A DNA stretch of 50,902 nucleotides, the filler included, from Catajapyx aquilonaris (Eukaryota), in assembly GCA_000934665.2 (NCBI GenBank). It is 2 parts of 2 records of this genome, joined end to end, with 100 filler letters (N's around TTAATTAATTAA, not from the genome) between each part and the next. Parts side by side here need not be neighbours in the genome. Positions count along the whole stretch, not along the records: positions 25,501 to 50,902 come from JYFJ02005369.1; 1 more part is not named here. One strand, given 5' to 3'. The notes beneath the pieces are model-generated. The model did not search any database. It was not told the DNA's origin and worked only from the letters and a program-made list of their open reading frames with translations. A program made the position numbers and the translations under genes. This document shows, in pieces, positions 25,501-35,839 of this stretch (its first letter is position 1; the number at the start of each line of letters is the position of its first letter).

Positions 25501-25838
25501 AAAAATGTCAAAAAAAGGCTTTATCGCTTACGGGGTACGCAAGGTCAGCCCAGCGACCCCCACCTGGTTCCGTAGCCGGCCAACCCCCCAAGCCCTGTTG
25601 CCGCTGACTCGGTTGTTATCATGCCGTGTGGGTTGCTTAGGATAGCCAGGATAAAGCTCGTTTGCTCGTTATGACACAATATGACGTATATAGTACATAC
25701 TGTGTGGTGCAATCTGAAGAAAATCCACACGAACACAGAGAGAACCTCTCTACATTTTTCCAGGAGAAAACAGTCCTTGAGAACTTATGTTTTAACTACT
25801 TTGGGCCACATAACCGACTAACTAATTGAACCGGAACT

Positions 25839-26243
25839 TTATTGTTGGACCTCCTCCGATTCCAATTGTCTTTCTGCTCTGAAATGACATTTGATGTGCA
25901 AGGCGAGAGACTTGCAGATGGAAAAGGCCGCCTTGCATATTCCGCAGGTAAAGGGCCTCTTTAAAGCGTCTTCCAAGGTGTGGTTGACCCTGCGAGGTGC
26001 CGGGTTGTACACATGGGTGATCTGGTGCCACCTGAAGTCGTGCACATCCTCGAAGTCCTGCTTGCACTTGGAGCACTCGAAACTGTGGAGCTGAAGGTGA
26101 ACTCTCATTGTTCCTTCCTGGGTGAATGTCTTCGGACAATAGGGACACTGCCTGATGCAAGGTTTGCCTCTCTCGACCTTCTCGTTCTTCCTAATCTCCT
26201 TCTTCCATTTTTCTTTAAGATTCTTGATCGCAAGTCTATCCAT
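25839..26243 (-). CDS. Small C2H2 zinc-finger protein (3 fingers)
   Basis: CPYCPKTF..MRVHLQLH, CSKCKQDF..FRWHQITH and CGICKAAF..LALHIKCH. A branch point (CTAAT) and acceptor TTCCAG lie just upstream of the ATG (exon from 26255), so the true start could be in an upstream exon. Confidence 0.75.
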   Translation of the reverse strand: MDRLAIKNLKEKWKKEIRKNEKVERGKPCIRQCPYCPKTFTQEGTMRVHLQLHSFECSKCKQDFEDVHDFRWHQITHVYNPAPRRVNHTLEDALKRPFTCGICKAAFSICKSLALHIKCHFRAERQLESEEVQQ

Positions 26244-26357
26244 CCTCGATGGTGGCTGGAAGCAGACATTCGCATTAGTCTGTACTTTATGCTACTGTCA
26301 GTTAAGTTCCGGCGAGCTGTGTTTAACTACCATCACATTTTCTGAAGTAACCCCTTT

Positions 26358-26589
26358 GCACTTTTCTGTTAACCGCACACTATACTACTTGATTGTTGAT
26401 GTTAGTAGTTGATTGTTGGTTCTAACCTTTACTGATCCTATTATTGATGCTACATTTGTTGATGTTATTTGATTGTAGGCGGTAACCTTATAGTATGGTA
26501 GTCCGGGAAACAGCTCGACAGTGCTTAACAAACTAACAATCAATTACAACCAACAATCAAAGACTGGTGTGCGGTTAACTGAAAAGTAC
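26358..26589. repeat. Degenerate inverted repeat (MITE remnant)
   Basis: CTTTTCTGTTAACCGCACAC..TTGATTGTTG versus CAACAATCAA..GTGTGCGGTTAACTGAAAAG. Confidence 0.55.
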
Positions 26590-27657
26590 ATATTTAATTG
26601 ATTTCTCATTGAAAAACTCAATAACTTTTGAACGAAACGTTTCCACACCTTTAGAATAGTGTCGTTAAACTCTGCTCGTCAAGTAGATTCATCAAAATTC
26701 ACAAGTATAGAGAAACCTATAATGTTCGTGCAGTTTACGGAAAAGTACATTCAAAATGTTTAAGCCAGACTGAGAATAGTGTTTTCTCTACAGACATCAG
26801 TTTGGACGAGTACTGATGGTTGAAGCAATACTGCCTGCAATAAGGTGAGCTGGATAACTTACCTTCTTTCACCTGACCAAGCGAGTTTCTCTGAAACGTG
26901 TCTACTTTTCAGCAGGCCATTTAGTCACATTTCGATGTTATTCTCACAATTCGAACAAAATTAATTACTTCGAACACATCTAATAACTCATAACACGATC
27001 AACAATCTGGTTTGTTACTATACTTATGTCAATTTTATATACGTTTCCACGTTACCAAATGTTAGCAAACTAGAAGGTTCCTCAGCTACTTCTCTAGTTT
27101 ACATTATGAGATAAAAAAAATAAATCAGTATACACGATTTTCGTAATATACAGAATGATGCAGTACCCACGCCTCTAGAATCTTATGTATCATTTAATTT
27201 ATTTTATCAAATCAATCAATCAATTTTATCAATTTTATTTAATTTATCATTTTTGACGTGTTTCTGCTGTGAGATATAACCGAGACATTGGTCCCAAAAA
27301 CGAGGGAAAGTAGTAGCTCGGAAAAAAAGTGTTTTGTGGCGTCGAGTCAACTGATGCCATGGAAGGGTGATCGCAGATAAATCACTCTTAGGATAAACAT
27401 GCCTATATTGACGTACCCCACAATAATGAGGAAAGATTTAAGCTAAGCTTGTGACTTCTGAACTCTTCTAAGGCTGAAAAATTAATGTTCAACTGTATAA
27501 TTATATCTCATACATTAATTTTGTAACATTCTGTATAGTATGTCAACTATGTAAAATTGCGTAGCGTTACATTGAAAATCTATGTTTTTGCACGGCAGAG
27601 GGGAGATAAGCGCATTTTACATCTTCACTCACATTAATTTTTCGGTACTGATATATT

Positions 27658-27713
27658 ATGTCAGCCCCCATAGCTCAGTGGTTAGAGCACAAGTCTGCCA
27701 ATTTGTGAACATA
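27658..27713 (+). pseudogene. tRNA 5'-half fragment flanked by a 15-bp direct repeat
   Basis: GCCCCCATAGCTCAGTGGTTAGAGCAC (27664-27690) is the 5' acceptor strand plus D-arm/A box. No T-arm or B box. CGGTACTGATATATT at 27643-27657 and 27714-27728. Confidence 0.65.
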
Positions 27714-27747
27714 CGGTACTGATATATTCTGATTACGATCTGGTGTA

Positions 27748-27960
27748 CCCCCGCGAGCATAAAGATGGAGACGGCAGGCCCTTTTTTGACATTTCTTTAT
27801 CCGACTCAAATTAATGAACTATTTTTGGACTGAGTTAGCTGCATCAGGCGTGTGTCCGTGTATTTATGACAGTATATTTGATACCATAATTGCTGAGATT
27901 GGCCGAGCAGCCTGCCGAAGGTGAGGGCCTGCCGTCTCCATCTTTATGCTCGCGCGGGTG
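27748..27960. mobile_element. TA-flanked MITE
   Basis: CGCGAGCATAAAGATGGAGACGGCAGGCCC ... GGGCCTGCCGTCTCCATCTTTATGCTCGCG with TA at both ends. A related end occurs at 25501-25537. Confidence 0.8.
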
Positions 27961-28029
27961 TACATTAGTAGGTAGCCAAATAACGGGTCTCTAAATAATC
28001 GTCACTTTAATATTTTTGTCAAAGTGAGG

Positions 28030-28860
28030 GCACTTTTCGGTAAAGTTAATTATATTGAAAATTAATATTTATTGTCCAATGAAGTGTCACCAGCACCCTA
28101 TAATTATGCAGGTGTTTCAATATAATAGGCTGATTTAGATTACACATGAATTGCTGTGAATGCGACGAACATCATCAGAATAAAGTTGGTCTGATGCATC
28201 GCGTTGGATAAGTATTAATACGATCTTTAATAGACTAACACAGATTACCTAAAAGATGGGCGTCAAAAAACACTCCAAATACTTTCACAGGTTCAATGAG
28301 ACCTTTTTATGTGAACTGGCGGTGACAGTGATCCGCGATGACCCAGTCCTTCTGATAGGGAGGTATCGGAAGACCACAATTAAATCACACATCCGCCTGA
28401 GTAACACTGATTAATTAGCCAAGTTTTCCTATACTGCTGACCAACCAATGAGTGTTGCTATTTCTGTCGTCATTGTTGATGTGGCAGACCCTCCCGTCAG
28501 TATTGTATGATGGCATCAACGGTTATTCTGTCTTGAGAACGCAACGAGAAGAAATTAGATGTCGGAAACGTTTACCCACAGTTTTTAATTTGTATTGTCG
28601 TAAACAGTGTCTTGTTCAAATGCAATGCCCATTCATATGGAGTCATTGATTTACACTCCATCAGTTAGCCACACTATTGGCATGAGTATAGGCTAATACT
28701 GCGCAGAGTTTCCTATGAGGCAAATTAAAAATAATATTTCATGCCAATGTCTGGCCCTGTCCAAACACAATGGAAAGGAGGAGGAGGAGGAGAGACACGA
28801 TGGATACAGGTGCATCCATAGTTGGATGACAAGTGTTGCTGCCTGAACAGGACATAGTCC
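28030..28860 (-). pseudogene. Decayed tandem duplicate of the MOXD1-like gene
   Basis: 28819-28745 reads MDAPVSIVSLLLLLLSIVFGQGQTLA*, a copy of exon 1. 28245-28375 matches exon 6 (PIPPYQKDWVIADHCHRQFT*KGLIEPVKVFGVFFDAHLLG) including its donor and intron sequence. In-frame stops and large deletions. Confidence 0.85.
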
Positions 28861-28978
28861 TATAGGCTTTTCGTGCACAGAGTCGAGCTTGAGTACACCA
28901 GTTGTTCTGACTCCTTTGTCCCGCATGCTTCAGTTTATTTGTTTTACCATATCTGGCCGCATCATGTTCGTATACATA

Positions 28979-29193
28979 CAGGGTGTCTCAACGTTTTTGT
29001 CAGAACAATATATTATCTCGGAAATATTTCACTAAGCTGCTTATTTTTAGCAGTGACTTGCAACCATCAGTGACGGACGGATGCTTCCCTGGCTTTATCA
29101 GTTGAGGGATGTGCCGGGAATGTTGGGGTATATTCTGGCTACATACATCGGCTTTTCCGATAACTGTTCGGACTAAAAAGTTGAGACACCCTG
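28979..29193. mobile_element. Tc1/mariner MITE
   Basis: TA-CAGGGTGTCTCAAC.TTTTTGTC.GAACA ... TGTTCGGACTAAAAAGTTGAGACACCCTG. Confidence 0.8.
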
Positions 29194-30110
29194 CATATAG
29201 TGAGCCACGTTGGGTATACTTACAAATGCACGTCATTGTTTCAACCCTACACCATAGGTGGCTGTCTTCAGTATTTGCGTCATAGAAACAGAGAGAGCAG
29301 ACAGAGCATGGGTCGTAATATACGCCCATACAATGACTACGGTAACGCTTCTGAACTGATGACTGAAATCCGAGTTGGAATAACGACTGACGATGACGTG
29401 AGTTGGGTAAATTGATTAATTGAAGCTCAATAAAAGTCAGAAATAAAAATAATGTAACTTACGAAAGGAACCTGTTCCAGTAGTCGTGTCTGGCCATTTC
29501 ATCCTACGGTATCCGGATCTCCAATCAAATAAGGTTTCGAAAGAATTGGTAGGCTACTTCGGACTATATGAATTATTGCTTCGAACGATAAAGATTCTTG
29601 CATATAGGGTATAATATAGTTCTCACGAGACGGGTGCTACAGAATCATGTCTCAATTTTCATTGCAGATGGGATTTATTTATGGCGGAAAAAGTTACCTC
29701 ACTGGCAGTTGTTTAACTCGAGGTTCTCCTGATTGTACTACAGTGAACATAAACCACTCGTCATTTTGAGGCACATAAAACTAGAGCTAACAGAAACACA
29801 AAACGGTTGTCTGACATTTCATCCCATTTGAGTCTATCGCCATCTCAGGGTTGTACAGGCCTATATCTAACAAGTGTTTATTTCCTTTCTTAAAAATATA
29901 AATAAATATCAACTTTCATCAGACAAAATAGCCTTTGGAATGGTCCAGTGGCAAAAAATATTTTTACTTCTGATATGGATTCTGGCATGTTGCATTCACG
30001 TCCTTGTTGATATTAGTGGGATGCTATATAGCATTGGTGTATGTAACAGACGGTAAAAGATAATTATATCACCACATTTAAATTAAAATGTCCGCCATTA
30101 CGGCGAGTTA

Positions 30111-31622
30111 TCTAATACATATTTCTCGACGTATATCTGTCTGTCTGTCTTTTGTTCGCTATGCAAATCCATACGGAGGCCTCCACATATGCCCCAGGGG
30201 TATCACTAGGGGTAGTTTTTTTACCGGGAAGGGTATTAGCGCATTGAAATTGACCTCCGAGGTCATCCTTGGCCACAGGAGGCGAAAAGAACTTTGGATG
30301 TTGGCGCCCTGTTCTAATAATCCGCATATTGGTATAAAACAAGTTGCCATGGAAATGGACCTTCCCTCTCTCAAGGCCCAAGGGGTCACATCCACTTTGG
30401 TCACATCACCCTCTCCTCATGCCGCCACCTCCAGGCCTTTCAATATATTCTTCGTCCGCCAAAAAAGCCCCCGTCCGTCTCCCCCTTCCGATGCACTCCT
30501 CCATCCGCCCGCCCCCTCCTGTTCCATGCTGGTTCCATGCCCCCACCCTACCCTCTTCCCCACAACCANTTCATTAATGTTATGTACACGCAAAAAAAAA
30601 AAAAAAACCGTCGCCACGGCAACAACGTTCGAGAGGTTGCTCTTAATGAACCAAAGTTGCTACCAGATCAGAGATCTGCTTATTCGACAATTATTGTAAA
30701 CAATGTACAGGGTCATTAGAAAGGTGGAGTTCTTTTCTTTGATGCACCAGGAGGAACTGGTAAAACATTTGTGACAAATCTGTTGTTGGCGAAAGTTCGT
30801 CAGGATCAACAAATCGCACTTGCGGTTGCCTCTTCTGGCATAGCATCTACTCTTTTGCCTGGTGGGAGGACTGCTCATGCAGCTTTCAAACTTCCTCTAT
30901 TTAGCTACACAGGAAAATGCAAGGTGCAACATCAGCAAGGGTACCGGGGTGGCACAACTTTTGAGTCAGTGCAGGTTAATTGTTTGGGATGAGTGCACCA
31001 TGTCCCACAAAGCAGCTTTTGAAGCTCTGGACTGGACACTGCAGGATATCCGGGAATGCAAAAAGATTATGGGTGGAGTAACTTTGGTTTTGGCTGGGGA
31101 CTTCAGACTGACATTGCCTGTTGTTCCACGAGGCACACGAGCCGATGAGATAAAACCTTGCCTAAAGTCTTCTTATCTCTGGACTCATGATAAAAAATTC
31201 AATCTCTCTACGAACATGAGGGCCTATCTGCTTGGTGACTACTATTGCATGCGACCTGTTGAAATTAGGAAATGGCCAATTTAGAACCGATGCCCTATAG
31301 CAGTATAGGAAATGTTGACATGGGATTGATCGGTACGAAGGTGTCCTCTGTCGATGAATTAAAATTTAAGGTCGTTCCCAATCTTTGCTTAACTACCAGA
31401 GACACAGTTGGTTGTGTGAGAGAGCAATATTAGCTCCGAAAAACAACACCGTCAATCTCATCAACGCCCAACTCCTCAACCAACTACCTGGTCCTTCCCA
31501 CTGTTCTGTGGACACAGTCCCAGACGAGGCCCAGGTTAAGGTGTAATGCAAAGGTCCAAATCAATGAGTCACTCCTATAGAAAAGTATTTCATAACCCGA
31601 GCAACGCCGGGTATCCTGCTAG
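30111..31622 (+). mobile_element. Internally deleted Helitron with both termini
   Basis: 5' A|TC start followed by (TCTG)n. 3' hairpin CCCGAGCAACGCCGGG then CTAG|T. Internal PIF1-helicase remnants. A single N at 30569. Confidence 0.85.
30630..31540 (+). pseudogene. Helitron PIF1-like helicase fragment
   Basis: FLDAPGGTGKTF (Walker A), ALAVASSGIASTLLPGGRTAH, LIVWDECTM (Walker B), GGVTLVLAGDFR.TLPVVPRG. Frameshifts and stops present. Confidence 0.9.
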
Positions 31623-31922
31623 TGATTGATATAACTGCTTGGTCATGAGAAGATGCTGGAGTATTGTAGTATCCACACACACACCCATCCATTGCCTCAT
31701 TGGCCATGATGCAAGCAAGGACGAGGAGATGCCTAAGGAGCACAATTAGGCCTATTGTTAGTGTGGTCATCATTTTTGTTTTTATTAGGTGAATTAGGAC
31801 GGCAGTAGCCTACATATTTTTTTATGGTTATCAAGGCTGTCAAAGTGAAGGGGAGAGGAAAGGGTTGAGAGAAGTACTGCTGTCATAACTGAATTAATAC
31901 TTTTTATCGCTTGTGTACATGT

Positions 31923-32070
31923 ATTCAACAGTGCAAAAAGAACTTTCCCAGTCATCCTGACGTGTGGGCTGGCCGCTCGACACACACCATGTAATAAGTT
32001 ACATGGTGTGTGTCGAGCGGGCAGCACACACATCAGGATGACTGGGACAATTCTTTTTGAACTGATGATA
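31923..32070. mobile_element. Hairpin MITE
   Basis: AAAAAGAA..TCCCAGTCATCCTGA..CCGCTCGACACACACCATGTAA | TTACATGGTGTGTGTCGAGCGG..TCAGGATGACTGGGA..TTCTTTTT, a near-perfect palindrome. Confidence 0.75.
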
Positions 32071-32112
32071 CACTACGGATGTCAATATAAGTGGTTCATT
32101 TATTTCTGTCAC

Positions 32113-35100
32113 CTAAGATTCTCCGATCGTTAGGAATATGATGCACAACACTATGATAATGTTGATTGGATGCATCGCGAGAATGGAGGAAGACACGGAA
32201 GCAGACTGCTTTGACCTGCATGTGTCAGGAGGGGTGTATTCCTCGGTGATGTTGGGGTAGCCCGTTGCATCATCTGTTATCTGCGGATAAATACAAGTGT
32301 GCATTACAACACCCTTTGCTCTAGTGGCGTTTACTCTTACAAAAATGAATGGAATGGTGGACTTCTGCAGACACACAGGTCGTTGCTTTCCATATCGTGT
32401 GCGATGCTGCATCTCTGCAGTGTCCTGTGAGGTCCAGTTCTGGGAGTCTGCAGTTGCCAGGAATTCTTTTATTGCACTCTGTTTCGATTCAATCGTGGCT
32501 CCACTGTAAATTGAATATAATGAAAAGGAGAATGAAAAACCTGCCACATAAATGTCCGCAGGATGTTTTGAAAACACGAAACAAGAACAACATCTTTGAA
32601 GGGCGGCATTTCTCAATCAAAAATTCTCTCTGGCATTATGTCGTGAAAAGTGAAATTATGGCTAGGTGCTTTGGCCATGCACAGTTTAGGCGGCAAGGCC
32701 CAAATAAGTAAGGATTTTGGTCAGCTGTAATTTGTCCAGTGTAACCTCCTGACACTCCAAGTCCCCTACATTGGACTTTATATGGACAATATTTGATTGG
32801 ATCATCCTGCATGAATCAAGATTATTTTTTAAAAAGTTCTTAATATAATCCATTACAATTTTTTAAAGGTGCAATCTGTGGCGAAGCAAGTGACACATGT
32901 CAGCATACAAATAGTGCATAAACCAAGCAGAATTGCATTTGATTTTCAAATAATCACCACCATATAATTATACAAAAAAAACACATGTCCTAATCACCTT
33001 TTAAGTGAAGTAATGCCAAGTACATTAAGTACATCGTCGGGTTCGGAGCAACTCATGCATATGGACATCGTTTGTGCTGGGTAATATATTAATACCGCAA
33101 TGCACATTTCATTCTCCGTATATTTCCCGGTTAATACAGTTGCATTTTTCCCGGTTGAATCTATTGTGCACTCTGTAAAAGGAGGGAGAGAGGTTGTTAG
33201 AGTTTTAGAGAAAACTGTCTATTTGTTGGCACTAATCTGATTATATATTTAATCAGTTGCTTTTGCACACCGACTTTTAATGGTTATCAAAAGTAGGGCC
33301 TATTAGCTACTAATATTACACATATCTGAATAATCCACTTAAGCTCATCAGAACTAGACATTATTTTAATTGGCATTTACGTCAATGAAAGAACCAACCA
33401 GATAACTCTTGTAGGCTTTGAAAAGGATTGGTACAGCAATATGAAATTAGCAGATAATATTTTTGATTCCCATTACAAGTAACTGTGCAAAAGAAAGTGC
33501 TAAGAAAAAAGTAGCTTAGTGTCAAAAATAGCCACACAAGTTGGACAAAACTGTAAATATTTTGAATTTTCCTCTTGTAACTAGTCATTATGTGTGCACC
33601 TAGAGTCAAGTGGTCTCCTGGCATCACTTCCACTTCGGAGGGTAGTGACACAAAATCCTGAGCATAAAAGTCGTAATGCTCGTCCACAGCTATCCAAGGC
33701 AACTCTGTTCCGTTTCTAAAGTGACGTATCTTGATTCTTCGTGCTACAGAAGGAACCAATAATTGTCACCGAAGAACTAGTTATAAAATGTGATGGACCA
33801 ACATACAACATCGTAGATTACCTAAAAGGTGGGCATGAAGAACCACTCCAAACACTTTCATAGGTTCGTGGAGACCTTTTTCTGTGCACTGGTGGTGACA
33901 GTGACCCACGATGATCCAGTCCTTCTGACCGGGAGGTATCGGAAAACCTTCATTATACATATCTAGATATCCAAAGTACAAAGTTGAAGCATCATTTGGT
34001 CTAGTGGGAAATTGAACCAAAATTAAATCCTCATCTTCAGATATGACCGACCAGTGAGTGTCGCTCACGATCTGTTGCCATTATGCAGTGTTGGTGTCGT
34101 TGCCTTAAAACTCAAACCTTCAACCCTCCCATAATGTGGCTAAAAAGCAGACTACTCTAGAAAAGTAATAATCATATTCTCACCTGAGGTGATCAGTGTA
34201 ATAAACTTGGAATCCAAAGTTGTTTGCTCCTGATTTCAATAGTGGGTTGCTAATATGCAATTCAATTGCAAAATATGAGTTTCCTCCAGGTTGTAAAGAA
34301 AACCCCACGTTGGACGGCAAATAACGTCCCTGTGATTTCAGAAAGGGAACAGTAGTGTTATCTCTCAGTCTCAGGACCAACCTCCCTTACTGCCTGCTCT
34401 GAATGTCGCCAAGATATGCAAGGAATGTTGAATTAATATTGCAAGTTATTACTTGCCTCTTGTCCAGGTAGGTAGGCTGAGACCACTGTGTTGCAGAATA
34501 GATGTGCAGTCAAACAGGATGCAGTGTCCATTTCTGTGTATTTCTGACCTTCCAGAGCATTGGGGAAATTGCAGAGATACAAGAGAGCATGATGCACGAG
34601 GTCAGCATTGCCTGATGGCAGCAACGGTTCAGACTTGCAAGGGAAATTATTTTTATGAACACAACATATGGGAAAAATTTTCAGCCAAAAGCATACTGAC
34701 CAATGGTTTACAACCGTCAGCATTCTAAGAGTTCATCTTATACTTGAACACCTTGCATTGCTGGAATGCTGACAGCTGCACATAGAGACAGATATGTTTG
34801 ACAGAAAATTTTTGTTTCTTTGTACAGTATGTAAAGAAAGTACAGTACTAAAAGAGTGAGTTACATGCGAACTCTATGTTTTGACTATCACGGTCTGAGA
34901 CTTACTCCGATTAGGTGATGTTTTACATTTACTTCAGGTCCTTGAAACACCTTGCACAAAACAACTGACCCTGTATCAGGGATAGGCGCATTGTAGCGCA
35001 TGTCCAAGTGTTTTGCGTCCTCCAGTGATTGGGGCTTTGCGTCCATTGCAGTCAAGTGCATGTTGTTTCCTCCTCTGTTCTCTGCCCCGTGGTACTGAGG

Positions 35101-35839
35101 CACCCCATCTTCTGGGTCATCTTCTGACCAGGCGTATATCACACTCACTGTCCCTTCAGGCTATGTAAGAGATGGTTTGTTTGCAGTACACGTCATTGTT
35201 TTTTAAAAAAATAATATTGAAAATGGTCAGCTCTTACCGTCATGTCAATATCCTCTGGATCACATGTCTTCATCTTCCTCCAGAAGCCGAGGGTGGTGTG
35301 TGTCTCGTTTTCTGAGGCATATTCCAGCCACCAGTCCTGATGATCGTCTTCTGGGGGGTATCCATTGGAAGAGTCTGGACCGTGACGATCCTATACAATG
35401 AGTAGTGGCAAAAAAAGGGGGGGGAGGGGGGGGGGCGCATCAGAAGGTGTGAAATTGGCAAAATTTAGTCAAAAAGGTAGCCACGAATATGCGAGAAAGG
35501 GGTGGACAATGTCAGCCCAGAATTTGGAGCAATTGAAGCAGCCCTCGGATGACTCACTGAAAAGTAAGTGGATCCGTCGGGATAGACCCCTCCGATGACG
35601 ATGTCCGCCTGGGACATGCTTCCGTGGTGGGACAGTCCGAACCCAACGTATCCCCGGGTGGACACTTCCACTCGAAAGTAGACCTCCTGGTCATCGGGTG
35701 AGACTGACCACCGAAGGAGGTAAGACTTCTTCGGGGTGTCCAGCCATTTCGACCTCTCGAAAGAATCGGGGAATGTCTGGCCCTGTCCAAACACAATGGA
35801 AAGGAGGAGGAGAGGAATGATGGCTGCAGGTGTCTCCAT
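32113..35839 (-). CDS. MOXD1: DBH-like copper type II monooxygenase (MOXD1-like), ~613 aa, 10 exons
   Basis: Exons 35839-35558, 35390-35238, 35160-34906, 34633-34457, 34329-34184, 34000-33822, 33743-33600, 33172-32998, 32503-32341 and 32280-32113 join in frame. Features: signal peptide, DOMON (GYVGFGLS..GSMSQADIVIG..DRH), Cu ligands LVHH, IELH, LHAHLL and EMC, and a hydrophobic C-terminus. Intron 4 has a GC donor. Confidence 0.92.

Noticed and set aside
27664..27735. Functional tRNA gene
   Set aside because: Only the 5' half is present; no T-arm/B box or 3' acceptor strand.
30088..30699. 203-aa Pro-rich ORF
   Set aside because: Runs through the Helitron 5' non-coding region and an N; low complexity.
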